A stretch of DNA of 64,000 nt. Source: Octopus sinensis. Taxonomy: Eukaryota. The translations under genes were made by a program, and so were the position numbers. Of this stretch, positions 25,258 through 39,491 are shown one piece after another; the first letter of the stretch is position 1; each line of letters opens with the position of its first letter. The notes under the pieces were generated by a model. The model saw nothing but the letters and a program-made list of their open reading frames with translations. It ran no database searches and had not been told where the DNA came from. The DNA lies in NCBI RefSeq assembly GCF_006345805.1, contig NC_042999.1:101246001-101310000 (forward strand). The letters are read 5' to 3'.

Positions 25258-26618
25258 ATGATATTGTATTTTATTAACAATGTACTAACTCTATTAAACA
25301 ATGTGTAAGTACTTATTTCTCTACATTGTAGATTTTCACACACATGCACGCAAAGAGGACAGGTTTCAGCATAGATTCCATCCGCCGAATTTCATATACA
25401 AGGTAGCAATCCATCTGAAGCTAGAATAGAAGACATTTGCCCATGATGTCACACAATGAATTGAAACTGGAATTCTGTGATTGTAAGTAACTTCTTAACT
25501 GTACAGTCCTGTTCTATATTATTTTATTTTCTCTTTTGTTTTTTTTCACATGAAAAATGAATTTTGAAAATTCTACAGATTCAGCAAGCAGAGAGATTTG
25601 TAATATCAAAAGTGGTAAACAATTGGCCATTGACAACATGTTCATGATTTCCAATTGTTGCTCCTTGTCATCATTCAACTTCTCAGTTTGTTTGGGCAAA
25701 AACAAGTATCAGTCCTACTTCATAGTTGAGTGCTTAATGGTAGGAAGAGCAAATATTTGCTCAGCACTTAAACCATTTCACCTGTATTAACACTAAAGAA
25801 AATGGATGTAAAACAACAAAATATGTTAAGCCGGGGAGAATCCATATTATTGTTTGTTTGTATTTTGCTCCTTTTACTTTCAACAGGAGATAGAATATTG
25901 TTAATAGTTAGAATGATTTAAATTATGAGTTTATAAGATGACTTCAGGTCTTTAAAAAATCAATTCAACTTTACGGTTTTCTTGAGAGTTGATTAAAAAA
26001 AAAGTTGGAATAGAGAGGAAGCAAAGTGAGGGGACAGAGAGAGAAGGAAAACAAGTATTGGATTATTGGTTTTATATAAATTGCTTTACTTAAAACTATT
26101 GTTACAGTACATCCAATATTTGTTGTCATATGGCATATATACCATTGCTTTTAATCCTTACAAGGACATTAATCCATTCAGGTTGTTTGGTGTTTAGCTT
26201 TAGGTCAACTATAAGTGGACAAACCCTGAGATCAAAAGCATTCCAGTCAGGACCATCCTGTCATTTTAGGAGTACATAAAGGGATACATTACCTAATAAT
26301 GTGCTTTCTTTATTTAATGTAGAAAGATGAGATTTGAAGGAGAATTTGCAGCTACTTTTAGCAAACACATAGGGCCTCCCTTGTTATTTTGTTCATTTGA
26401 GTTTTCCCCTTTATTACTGATGAAAGAAATATTTTGTTTTTATATTAAAGACATTGCTCTAACCCAACTTTGGCATAATGACCAAAATAAACTAAACACC
26501 TAAAAGTCTTACAGATTTTTCTTTTGGTCATATCTAGAGTTACATAGAGTAAAATATTATTTATGACAATCAACAAGAACATATCCTACATGGTGTAACA
26601 TTAGTAACACATTCAGAA

Positions 26619-26835
26619 GACAGTGAGCTAGCAGAATTGTTAGCACACTGGACAAAATTGCTAGCATTTCTTCCGACCCTTTTTGTTCTGAACTCAAATT
26701 CTACCGAGGTTGACTTTGCCTTTCATCTTTTCAGGGTCAATAAATGAAGTATCAGTCAAAGTAATGGGGTTGATATAATTGACTAATCCATTTACCTCAA
26801 AATTGCTAGCCTACTGCCAAGATTAGAAAGAATCG
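26619..26835 (+). mobile_element. SINE family A copy
   Basis: GAGCTAGCAGAATTGTTAGCAC...GAGGTTGACTTTGCCTTTCATCTTTTCAGGGTCAATAAA. Further decayed copies at about 12051-12215(-), 21372-21430(-), 29575-29776(-), 33965-34125(-), 38520-38660(-), 49135-49265(+), 49420-49542(+), 52050-52150(+), 62785-62880(-). Confidence 0.8.
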
Positions 26836-26915
26836 TTAGTGTACTCAGAATGCTGTTGGTTAATTAAGTTTTCAAGAACTTGTTCAACATAGAAGTAAAA
26901 TTAATCTACATTTAC

Positions 26916-27205
26916 AAAACCATTTAAATAATGCAGAATTATATTATACTTTGCTGTTGAAGTCATAATAATGTGTTTTTCTTCAACAGGTAATTATTTC
27001 TACTAAGTATTTTAATGCTCCTTACATTAAATATGTTAACACTATCTTAACTTTCTTCCTAATTAGTTAAGATAGTGTTAACGTATTTAATGCAGGGAAC
27101 ATAAAAATGCTAAATAGAAATAATTATCAGTTGAAAGAAAAACACAATATTATTATGACTTCATCAGTAAAGCATGAAGTAATTCTGCATTATTTAAATA
27201 GTTTT
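26916..27205. repeat. Foldback palindrome / MITE-like element, ~135-bp arms, 12-nt loop
   Basis: Left arm 26916-27052 is the reverse complement of 27065-27205 at roughly 80% identity by eye. A 26-nt partial copy (25/26) lies at 56451-56476. Confidence 0.9.
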
Positions 27206-27409
27206 ACCGGGCAAAACATAAATTAGTTAACATTTAATTGGTGTAATGAGTGACTTCAAAACTGTTTTAATTCATAGCTTTGATGCATACAACAGAACAA
27301 AAGAATAGGATGTTTAAAAATTGAATGCATTTATCAATAAGGAAGGCACAAACTGAAAATTATAACTCTATGCAATAAAACGTCAGTGAGGGCACTTCTT
27401 CATGGTTAC

Positions 27410-27580
27410 TCATCTGGTTTGATATTGTAGTCAGATCTCCCTCAAATCATCGTGTATCATTTTAAAGAACAATGCATTCGATAGTGTAGATTTAGATATA
27501 GAAAAACAAAAATGGTCAGCTAAAATGTCTCTGATTATAGGTCTGCTGCATCAGGGCTGACTTGAGGTTAAACAGCAACT
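27410..27580 (+). mobile_element. SINE-like family C ending GGGCTGAC.TGGGG.TAAACAACAAC
   Basis: CAGATCTCCCTCAAATCA...GATTATAGGTCTGCTGCATCAGGGCTGACTTGAGGTTAAACAGCAAC. Other copies at about 395-560, 22600-22770, 26185-26365(-), 31590-31760(-), 36865-37050(-), 46225-46382, 54640-54905(-), 55990-56150, 58835-59020(-). Confidence 0.75.
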
Positions 27581-27836
27581 ATAAAAAAATGGATTTTTTT
27601 GAAAGAACATTAAAACTATTCTACTTTTCTCAGATATTACTAACTAATCATTTATATTCTGTTGTATTTTATATAAGACTTTGAATTTACCTTGCCCCAC
27701 TTAGTCAGACAGCATAGATAAGATCAAACAGAAAAAAGGTTTTTTGTTGTGATGTCACAAGCTATAAGATATTGCAAAATTGACAAAATGTTAATATTAA
27801 AATTATAACAAAGAACTCACTCTCTTTCTCTCCCTC

Positions 27837-27872
<36 letters not shown>

Positions 27873-29094
27873 ACACACACAAACATATGTTCTTTTTCTT
27901 GATATATAATTTTAGAAGTGCAAGTATGAAGGAAAAGAAATAGAAAAAGAAACAGTGAGAAGAATTTTCATTTCCGTCATGGAAATAACATACTCCAGAT
28001 AAAAATATTTTTAGAACAACAGAATATTAGCATAAACATCCCTTTTTGTTTGATAAGGTTCCTTTACAAACAATATTTATCAAGAAGCTGTTATTATCTT
28101 ATTTCTATCCAATGAAGCTTCATTCTTTTTCAGCATGCAAGAAGATAAAATTTGTATTTGAGATTAATATCCACAACCATCAAATTAAGTCAACTTCTAA
28201 ATCCCCTCAAAGAAATTCATTATTGGTATTCCTTAAAATCAATAAAATAGTTCTTGAAAAGAATGTGATAGAATGTGTCTCAGTTATTTTTTTAGATAAC
28301 CACTGTTATATGTTCACATTTATTATCTCATATTGCTCTGCCAACTGGAGAATCTATATTAGATTCCTTTTATAATAAAGTGGTTTTATTATAAAGGACA
28401 TTTATCTACACATTTCATCATTTATTTAGAACTATATACACAGGTAGAGAGATAGATATCGTTATCATCATCCTCATCATCACCACCATAAGTCATCATA
28501 TGGATAGATATATGTGGAAAAGTGTATGTATATGCACACATGTCTATGTGTATGCATGCACAAACAATACACACACACACACACAAAAACACATTATCAT
28601 CACTATCAACATGATCGCTGTTTACACATACTTTTCTCGTGGTGGTATAGGCTGGACAAGACTTCATTGAGGTAGCATTCCACAGTCAGATGTCCTTCCT
28701 ATCAGCAATTCTTACTCATTTCTGTGTAAGTTGTTTATTCCCTTGCTCTTTCACACAATGTACTGCATATTTTCACAGCAAGAACTACCACAGGTATCAT
28801 CTAAATGGTAGCGTTAAGCAATAAAGAATGTCAAAACACAGTTGGGAGAATGCAAACACAAGCACGAATATTCATACACACAAACACACATACACAAAAT
28901 GCATCAGACACTCCAATGTAGGGCTCTCTAAACTGTTTATGGCATTTTATCCATTTCGTCCTAATTAAGAATATTTTTCTCCAAGGCAACTGGAGAATTT
29001 TACAAGATCAAATATCTTTCAAACTTATGTGAACTGAATTTAAATTTGTATAATTTCTTTCACTGCTTTGCACATCTGCTCATGTGTGTGTGCA

Positions 29095-29149
<55 letters not shown>

Positions 29150-29184
29150 ATATATACACACATATATATAGATATAGATATTCA

Positions 29185-29410
29185 AGGCGAGCTGGCAGAA
29201 ACGTTAGCACACCGGGCGAAATACTTAGCGGTATTTCGTCTGCCGCTACGTTCTGAGTTCAAATTCCGCCATGGTCGACTTTACCTTTCATCCTTCGGGG
29301 TGGATAAATTAAGTACCAGTTACGCACTGGGGTTGATGTAATCGACTTAGTCCCTTTGTCATTGTTTGTTCCCTCTATGTTTAGCCCCTTGTGGGTAGTA
29401 AATAAATTAA
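29185..29410 (+). mobile_element. SINE family A (tRNA-like head, CTTTCATCCTTCGGGGT.GATAAA core), young copy
   Basis: GGCGAGCTGGCAGAAACGTTAGC ... B-box GAGTTCAAATTCC ... CCTTTCATCCTTCGGGGTGGATAAATTAAGTACCAG; CpGs retained. The core resembles the MetaSINE domain (from memory). Confidence 0.9.
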
Positions 29411-29428
29411 AAAATAGATATAGATATA

Positions 29429-30044
29429 CAAAGGATGGGTCAAAAGTCACGCACAAAATAAGTTCAATACACCCACTGAATTGACAGACATGCTTCAATT
29501 TTTCTAAAAATAAATAAAATAATGATGAATACATATGTACTTGTCCAGGATGAACAAAATGAATAATAATGATAATAATTCTTTCTGCTGTAGGCACAAG
29601 GGCTGAAATTTTGTGGGAGAGGTCTAGTTGATTAGACTGGTACTTAATTCATCAACCCCAAAGGGATAAGAGGCAAAGATGACCTCAGTAGAATTTTAAC
29701 TCAGAATGTAGCGACAGGTGAAGTACTGCTATGCATTTTGTCCAGTATGCTAACAATTCTGCCAGCTCTCCACCTTAATAATAATAAGAATAATAAGAAG
29801 AAGAATAATAATAATTTTGTTTTTGTATTTGGTTTGCAAGATTGTCTATGTGAATTCGTGTGTTTGAAGCATATATTATTGTGTCTAAAAATGATTATTG
29901 AAAATTGTAAATGAATGAAAATCAGACTGGTGAGTGTGTTAAGGCACTAAAAGAGAATGACTCTCCCCAGACACAATAAAATAATAATAATGTAACATAA
30001 CTGAAATGTCAAATGTTTTGGTGCATGACTTTTGGCCCACCCTG
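29429..30044. mobile_element. Tc1/mariner-type MITE containing a nested SINE
   Basis: TA-flanked imperfect TIRs CAAAGGATGGGTCAAAAGTCACGCAC / GTGCATGACTTTTGGCCCACCCTG. SINE inserted at ~29575-29776. Confidence 0.7.
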
Positions 30045-30744
30045 TATTTATGTGTATACATACACACACAAAGCAAAAATGAACACAGTAGCTAGTGGCA
30101 TGAATTCGCATAGCAAAGGATGGCACACTAAATACTATACAAAATAAATTCTTAACTTTGCTTCAAGAGAAAGTAAACAAGTGTTTTACAGCAACTCTAA
30201 CCAGCTTGGGAGATAAACTCAAGCAATCAGCATTTCTCTGTCAATAATATGCCATTATGGAAAAGGCAGTATGTTCTTTTTGGAGACAAAAGAAGAGCTG
30301 TGAACACAATTTTCTGCTTCAAAAGACTCTGAAGCACAGCATTACTCTGCGTACACATATATATTATCCTCATCATCATTTTCATTTCACATACACTTTT
30401 CCATGTTGCATAGGTCAGACAGAATTTGTGGAAGTAGATATTTCTACAACCAGAAGCCCTTCGTGTGCCTGTTCTCACCAGTTTCCATGTAAAGTAATAT
30501 TTCCCATGCCATGGGAGAATGGAAATGAAAAGCATCACTCACATGACAGTGAAGCTCATTCACAACCATCACATGATGTCAGAAGAAGGGCACACACACA
30601 CACACATATACAACAAGCTTTTTTCAGTTTCTGTTTAGAAAATCCACTCAAGGCTTCAGTTAGCCTGGACTCTGGTGGGAGACACTTGTCCAAGGTACCA
30701 GTAACCACATGTTTGGGAAACAAGCTTCTTAACCACACTGCCAT

Positions 30745-30801
<57 letters not shown>

Positions 30802-30805
<4 letters not shown>

Positions 30806-30843
30806 ATACCTTTGCTTATATATATATAAGCAAAGGTATGGTA
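30802..30843. repeat. Perfect 42-bp loopless palindrome
   Basis: TACCATACCTTTGCTTATATA|TATATAAGCAAAGGTATGGTA. Confidence 0.97.
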
Positions 30844-32039
30844 GGTGCAAGCACTGCTGAGTGGTTAAGGAGTTTACTTTCCAACCATGTAGTTTTGTGT
30901 TCTGTCTCAGTGCAAACCATATTAGGCAAGTATCTTTTACTAGAGCACATAATGGAAATAGACACAAACTCACAAGCTTCTTTCAGTTTCTGTCTACCAG
31001 TTTTACTCACACAGTATTAGTCAGCCCATGTTTATTGTATATGACATCAGCTGAAAACATTCATGCAGTGGAACTGAAACCCCAACTATGTTGTTCTGAA
31101 ATCAAATTTATAAGCTTCTTCCAGTCCTTCTCTACCAAATTCGCTGATGCTGGGGGAAGAGGAGATGAGACAAAGGAGGAGGAGGGGGATGAGGAGGTAT
31201 CTTTAATGCATACTAATATAACATTTCACAAGTTTAATTAAAGTAATAAATTAATTTCCCATCAGAAACTTGGAAACTACTATTTGATAAATATCACTTT
31301 AACACATGAAAACAAATACATCAGCAACAAAGATCACAACACTCACTTTTATAGTCATTAATATGACTTATACATTAATGAATTTTACTTTAAACCATAT
31401 AGGTTTCAAGTAAATATATTATAACGAATTTAGTTAAATCTTCTTGTGATTCAAATGGGATTTGACTGTTATTTTTAGCAGGGTGATTAACCATGTAGAA
31501 ACTTATCATTTAGGACAAGGAATGCACAGATAACATTTTTCTGGAGTTTACAGAAATAATTAATTGCACAATATTTAAGTTCTTAACAGTTTTGTACAAT
31601 TGTAATGAAAAGCATTCCATTCTTGATCATCTTGTCTTTTCGTCAGGCATGTGCATGCTGGTCATACAGTCCAATGTGCTTCTCTTTTCTAACAAAGTAG
31701 TGTGATTCAAGAGAGATTTGGCTGCTATTTTTATCAGGGTCATTAGCTATGTAAAAACTTTCAATAGTAAAGTAAGTGGCAATTGTTGTCATTCCTGAGA
31801 AAAGGCACATCAGTTATGACCATAATGTCCTGTTTTTTGGGGTTTTTTTTTTACATAGGAAAACAGGCAAATTACTAATCCCTTCAGGGAGATAACCCTG
31901 CTCAAAAAGGTGTAGATAGAAATTCCACACAGTGTACCCAGTGTAAGCTATGGTCACATAAGAGGTGCAGCAGCATCACAGGAAGGTTAACAGAGAAAGT
32001 AGTCTTTATGTATGGCAGGTGTGCAGATACTATAAACAC

Positions 32040-32180
32040 TAAAGAGTCTAGACTTCTTCAAATGTCCAAATGGATCTTTAGAATTAGTAGATAGTTTCTG
32101 TTACCTATCCAACCAAGTTAAAAGTGAACAAGGATGCTCTGAAAACAGTTATAAAATAAGGATGTTGGAGCCAAGACCAT
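32040..32180 (+). mobile_element. RTE-type LINE RT fragment
   Basis: FKCPNGSLELVDSFCYLSNQVKSEQGCSE matches the minus-strand DSFRYL.DQV region near 40540-40620. Confidence 0.6.
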
Positions 32181-35100
32181 TTTATCTTCTTAGAACTATA
32201 TTTTTAGAACTATATTAGCAAATGGATACTTGCTTTTTTTAAAGATGAAACAATGTGATCTGAAAATAAATTACTCACTTAATCTTGAGATTAAGTGAGT
32301 TCATTCCTCACTGGCTCAGGTAAATATGATGTGTAATAGCAATACTAATCAGAATATACAGTTGAATAAAGGGTAAAGAGATTGATGTGCTTTATAACAA
32401 GAATCCCCCATCTGAAATGTTCAGAAGTGATGGAAATACTCAGGTAGAAGACTTGAAAGTTATACAGTGAGATGTGGGGTACTGAAATCAGTAGTGATTG
32501 AAGACACCAGGACCAGAAGCAATGGAGGAAGTGACATCACATACAAAAGCAAGTGATCTGATTTGCCTCTTCCTTTGTCGGGCATCCACAGTGAGCGATG
32601 GTTATGTGGAGCAAGTTCAGTGGGACAGAAGATTCTGGTCAAACATTGGGTAGTGAAAGCATAACAGGTTTGTGCAGCAAGTTGTTCCACTCATACTGAA
32701 GAGTAGTTTTCCTCTCTGAAGCAGATTGCTATATGCCAAGACTGGTCACACCAGCAGCATAACACTTCAGATTTTGGCTCCTTACAATCTCTGATCATGT
32801 GCAGACTCTGACAGCAGGAACACAGCCCTTTGAATGTCCTTGTTGACTCCCCTGCTGCTCTCCAGTTTTTGCTGTTTGCTGCCTACCTCTTCATTCTACT
32901 AGGCTCTGCCATCACCATTTTTGCAATTTTACATGTCATTCTGCATCAATATCCACATGTCATCAACCAAGTTGCCAACCGTTATTGTGACAAAGGAAGA
33001 GGCAGATTGAATCACTTACTTTTTAACATGATCTCATTTCCTCCTCTGTTTCCAGTCCAGATGTCTCAAGAGTAGTAGTTAAATTAATTATTTGGTTAAT
33101 TCTAAAACTATTCGCCACGATAAGACAGGTCACAGTTCCAGTATCTGAAATCTCATTAAACAAACAATATCTACTTCATAAATGTATTACATTCATTCTA
33201 AGTGAATGACTCCAATCTGATCAACAAGTAACTCCCAAATGATATGAGAAAATGTCAAGAAAATTAAAAAAGTAGAAAATATGACAAAGTTGGCAAGACT
33301 AAAACGAAGTTAAATAAATAGCATACTAAAAATTAAAAAATTATTAAATAAATCAGTTACAGTTTGGCCAGACAAACTTGAATAGCAGTGATTTTCTCTC
33401 AGGCAAGGATTAAATTAGTTATCAGAAAATATTACTGAATGAAATCCATACTGGAAAGCAGATGAATTTACAGTTGTCTCTTGTACAAATTAGCAAGCAC
33501 TAATATAAACATCATTAACTGCTGTAATTTAAAACTCTTGGTCTAATAACATAGCCACTAGGGTGAGACCATATGACAAAATCAAAAATGTTAGAGCAAA
33601 AACACACTAAATATAGAAACATGGTAGTCAACTGATCAGATGGGCATGAGTTCAAATCATTTATCACATCATAACTAAGCACATAATTGCTTGCTCCAGT
33701 TTACCTGACTGGTAAACAGATTTTACTCCATACTTTACATTTACCCTAGTAGAAAATGCATCCAACTATAAAATATACTGCTTCAACAAAAATCACCTCA
33801 AATATGTAAGCACAGAAAAAAAAAAGAATCTAAAGTACCAAATGTTTGCAGTTTTAAGCAATCTACTTGTGAAATGAGGTAACTTTTTTGCTTATATTAT
33901 ACCCTTATTAAAATTCCATTAAACTGAAATAAATTGGATTCCCACCACAGATCAGAAAATCTCAACAGGAATTGTTAATACTGATTTCTAATTTGCACAA
34001 TGTCAAAAAATGAATATGGAAGGAGTTCAATTAGATGAATTGACTCCTTTACATTATTGACACTTATTTTATCAAACCCAGAAAGATGAAAGGTAAAGTT
34101 AACCCAAGCAAGATTTGAACTAATAATTTCAAATGATATAATTAATTACTACCAGCTTTTAGAAAATTTTCATATTACAAAATGAAAACTGAAAATGAAG
34201 CAGTGACATAGTTAACAGGGGAGCAAGGAGTGCAACAGCTTCCCACAAGCACATTTTTCAAAATTAGCACCTTTCCAACAAATTTTTCATATATGACATT
34301 GTGACATTGTTACTGAAACATGAAATTAATGAATGTAGAATACAATTACGTATATTATAACTAATGAAATGTTTTGCATAATATAAGGGAAATGAATTAA
34401 AAATTGCTTGATATGTGTCACTGTACCTTTTTTTAATGCGCTTGCTGCCACTAACTTTAGAACCTGGTTATACTTCTGGGTGGGACTGGCAATGAAAGAA
34501 GGGGTGCTATTGTCTTTTTGTCACTTAGTCATTAGAATTTGATTTCAGTAAAATGAATCCTCATAATCAAATTTGATTTTCAGTTCAACAGCATTCTACC
34601 ACCAAAACGTGGGTTGCATGTGTACTCTGAAGAGACTGAACAACAAATGACAGTACTGCCTGACCCAGAAGTAAAATGCTGCCGCATTAAGATATCAAAA
34701 AAAGGGTCATAGTTCTAATAAGAAAGTCATTCTTCAAGAAGCAGACAAACTCAGAGAAAAAAAGTGTACAATGTTGGGAATTCTACAAAGGTTTAAGGTG
34801 AACATCAACTACATCAGTCTTACCAGTTTGGGATGATATGCAAAGATCATAGGCTCAGCCTTGTCTCCTCTTACAAAGATATCAAGTCAAGATCCTTTAG
34901 CATAGAAATTGGCTCATTCAGTTGACAACTGTTACCAAGTAAGTTAACAATTGCTTAAGTTACTCTTTAGTTTTAATATTATGGATGAGTACCACAACTG
35001 CAGAGAAAATTTACTTGGTAGAGACCATAATCTTTTTTTATAACTATACCCATGGAAATAGTTGAATACAGCAAAGTAAGCTAACAAAATGCTGGTCATC

Positions 35101-37599
35101 TTCGCACAGATAAGAATAGTTACGGTAATAGTTGTAATAACAGGGGTCATAGTGGTTTATGAGTAACCCTGTAAATAAAATTAATGCCTTAAAGGTAATT
35201 ATAAGAAATGATTTGCCTATAATCCAGGAAGAAGTGTATATAATGAAGACTTGTTTAAACAAGGCCACATATATATAGTAGAGGGCTATAGTCAATTGGA
35301 TTACCTATTATTGTGCTTATTTTATGGATCTTCTACATATATAAAAGGGAAAGATAACAGGAAAATTTTTAATTCACATTATAAAATGGCATAACTAAAT
35401 AGCACAAGATATTCAGTCCAGTCCCTGCCACTCCACTATTATTACTATAGGAATGTACTCAATAACAACAATGATAATATCAAGGTTCTTGTATCAAACT
35501 TGTATAACTTCTATTGTATAGATTTATTAAGAATGAGTTGAAAAGATACTCAAAGCAAGATTGTTCAGGAAATTACAAACCATAGGAAATATCAATCCAA
35601 ACAAACATTCTGTGAATTTCTAATCTGTCATAATTTTGTTCAACCATACAAATTACTCATCCTGTTCTAAAGCATGGCAAAGTAAGGATGATATTGAATG
35701 CAGTTTGTTATTTGGCTATATAAAAGGAGGCGGCAGCAACGGTGATGACGACAGAAAAGACTATTATTACAAAGGCAATAACAAATAACTTTTCTTCTAT
35801 GATAATGATGACAAAGTTAGAAAGACAACGATGAAGCTAATGATGGCAAAGTTAGTGCCATCATAGTTAATATCATAAGAAAATAAATTATAATAGATAA
35901 AATTATGCGATGAAGAGAAGATAACATTAATATTAATTTCATCTGATCTTAGCAAGTAAAGGCAACAACTCAGGACATGTTTCAATCTTATTAGACCCTT
36001 TTAGTGAAGCACGGCTTCTAGGTATTCCCTAGTCTAGTAATAAAAGAATTACCATATTATACAACAATATATTACATATGTAGGCATCAAAATGTATTAT
36101 AACTGAAGGGAATTACTCAGGAGCACCAACTGCATGGAAAATAGCATTGAAGTTAAAGCTATCCTAATATATGTAGTAAAGAGGGGAAAAATTGAATTAA
36201 TAATACTTGCATGGTGAAGACAAGAAAAGGTAATGTCTATAGAGGTGGTGGTGGCAACAAGAGTGGTCATTATCTTGGTGATGGTGGTAGTGGTGGTATC
36301 AAGTGAGACAGTATAACACAGAAATAAGTGCTTGTTACACAGGAATAAAGGGAAGGGTATATGGAAAATGGTATTTACATCTCCAAAGAATTTAATAATG
36401 TAAGAGATAGTGATACAGTTACATCTAAGATGTGAAATTGAAAAGACGTCAGTTGACAACAGGCTTAACCTTCCCAGATAATCAGCTCTCTGTTTTTCAC
36501 AGCTAAATGAACTAAGATAATATAGAATATCTTCTGCTCATAATCAAAGAATAACACCTGGAGGAGATTTGAACTTACAAACTATGAACTACATAGTTCA
36601 AAATTAATTAGTATCTGATCTAATTATCTATCATATTAGATGTCAAACAACTCAAACCAGTTTCTTGGTAATTTTGTCCTGAATACTATTGTACCTTATA
36701 ATTACATCTTCACTTGAATCATCTCACATTGTTAAATTATTACTATATATGATGCAGAAGATGTACAGATGAAATATTTTGATTTTACTTTATTTCTTGA
36801 ATAAATCTCTGAGAATGTTTAACAAAGTTCTCCCTAAAAATCCTTAAAAATCAGTCTTTTTGTTGTTCATGTTTAACCCTAAGTCAGCCATAATTTAACT
36901 CATAACTATCCCATTTAATCTTTTTTTCATTTTCTAGGCAGGATGCATTTAATACCACACAATCCAATGTGTCCTTACTCTTTCAAGATGATAGGTTATG
37001 GAAGATTTGGCTGCCATTTCAAGCAGACTGATCAACCAGCTAAATGCTTCCTCTATCTGGTTCATACCAGTCTCATTCTAACAATATGATTAATTTTTCT
37101 CAAGCCTCAGTCAACTCAGAAAAGCAATGATTCATCATGGATCAATTGCAATCAAATCACTACAGTCAGGATGTGTGCTAAATAATGTAAGTATTCTTGG
37201 TGAGTCATCCAGCAACACAACTTGTAGTGGTGGTGTATTTTGTTTACTGATAAATGGAAAAAGAAAGAAAAAAATCAGCAAAGTATCATTAAAGTATGGT
37301 GAAAGAAATGTTAAAATTTCTATAAAAAACATAAAACAGAAAATTATATCTGGCAGCAAGGGATTATATTTAATAGGGTTCTTATCTTCATAGATCCAAG
37401 TATTATCAACATTAGCTTTGTAGCTACTGTTGAAATTATTGCTATTCACTTGGTTATTACTCACACTTTCACTACTATTCATGCTATTATTATTCCTGTC
37501 ACAGACAACTGCCACAAAATTACTAATTTATCTACTTTGTAGCTCCTAACAATATCCTCTTCTCTACAATTTATAAATTACTTGAATTACTTTGTTACC

Positions 37600-37980
37600 A
37601 TAAGTAGTTGTTGTTCTTGTCTAAATCCAGGTCACCCCTGATGGAGCAGACAATCAAAAGCATTCCAACTTTGTCTATCCAGTCTTTTAAGAGGTCTTTT
37701 AACACCATTTTTTTCAAGGTGGTGTTATTTAAGGTATATTTGGCTGCTGATTCTAGCAGAATGAGTGTCAACTTGGAGGTTTTCTTTGTGGCTTGTAACA
37801 TGAATAAGGATTATATGTCTTTTATATCCTTCTCTTTCTTAAGGTGGTAGTTAGTCAAAGTACATTTGACAGCTGATTCTAACAGAACAAGCAACCATGT
37901 TGAGGCTTTCTCATAGGCTTCTACATGATTATTGACAACCCCTTGATCCCCAGCGTTTTGTTAATGTGCAATGTGAACTG
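37600..37980 (-). mobile_element. Possible highly decayed R4/Dong-like non-LTR retrotransposon fragment
   Basis: Weak resemblance of ...LESAAKY...KDWIDKVG...DLDKNNNYLW to the post-RT region of RLE elements. By eye only. Confidence 0.3.
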
Positions 37981-38761
37981 TAAGTCCTTGTCAAAATTAA
38001 TATGCAATTCCAGAAACTATCAGTAGAGTCAACTCTGTGAACTTTGTTAGTTAATTAACTAATATGACTCATTATCAGTAGCCAGAGGAAAATAGCCTGA
38101 CTAACTTTCCCTACACACACACACACACATACACCTGTACAGGCACAATCATACATCAACACATACAAAACAGATGTCCATGCAAATAAACACACGTACA
38201 CATAAATACTGCAAACACACATATACACGCACAAACACACATAAATTCACATAAACATACACACACATGTGAAGGGATTCATACTTATATTTCCTTCACC
38301 AGCTTAGATAATTTAGTTATAACTAGTTGGATATCTGTTGTCCAAAAGCCAATTAAAATATATTATTTTATCTATCAGTGTGTCCATTAAATGAGATGTC
38401 AAATCGCTGACTTAATACAAGGCAATTTACTTCTTACTAAGTCACCAGTTCCAGCAGAAAATTTACAGCCACATATTTACTTCACTAATCTATTATCCTT
38501 TTATTCTTCTGGTGGTTTCAGTCATTGGATTGATGTCAGGCTGAAGCGCCTTCTTCAAAAGATTTTGCCGATTATACTGACCCCAGTACTTTCTCTGAAA
38601 ATTGACTCGTCAACCTCGCAAAAGGATGAAAGGTAAAAATCAATCAAGCACAAAGAGTTGTAGTTGAGATAGATTAAAACTCCACAAGGTATCTTTGACG
38701 TCAGTAATTTTACTATACCATACCAATTTATATACACACACATACATATATGTATATATAA

Positions 38762-38793
<32 letters not shown>

Positions 38794-39491
38794 TGCATTT
38801 AAATATTTTTTTTAATTCATAGTGTTACCTGTATATATATATATATATATATATATACATGCACACACAAAAACACACACATATATCTATGAGATGATTC
38901 CGTAATATGCACTGTGTGCTCACTAATTATATTAGGTCCCTATATTGTCACAAGAAAACAGAGATACATGTTCAGCCCTCTCACACTTAACGCAATTGAA
39001 CATTGAGGATGTGAAAGCTGAAGGGAAGAACACATCAGCACGCAGCTGATACTCATTTTAGATGAGTAGAGATGGACAACATAAAATGAAATGCTTTGCT
39101 CAAGACAACATGCTACTTAGTCCAGGAATTAAACACATGACTTTATGACTGTGTGCCCAAATATATATATATATATACTCTTTACTCTTTTACTTGTTTC
39201 AGTCATTTGACTGCAGCCATGCTGGAGCACCGCCTTATATATATATATATATATATATCTCATCATCATCATCATCATCATTTAACATCCGTTTTCCATG
39301 CTAGCATGGGTTGGACAGTTCGACTGAGGTCTCAGCCGTGATTCCTGATAGGCCGGAGTCTTTTCCTGGCTTCATACTCTTAATTACTTTATCTACCAGG
39401 GAGCTGTCTATTCGGATAGCTGGTCCCCTCTACTGAAAAACAAGTTTACATTAATCTGATGGATTTCTCTATACTATCATAGAGTACAAAT

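Noticed and set aside
25514-25705. 63-aa minus ORF
   Set aside because: At best a decayed RT (YADD-region) scrap; too weak to call either way.
28046-28375. 109-aa ORF in AT-rich unique sequence
   Set aside because: Composition dominated by AT-rich codons, no motif, no convincing splice signals.
29185-29260. tRNA-like sequence with A/B boxes
   Set aside because: No complete cloverleaf, and it continues into a SINE body; a SINE head, not a tRNA gene.
30257-30829. 190-aa ORF
   Set aside because: Reads through an antisense SINE and microsatellites; no coherent protein.
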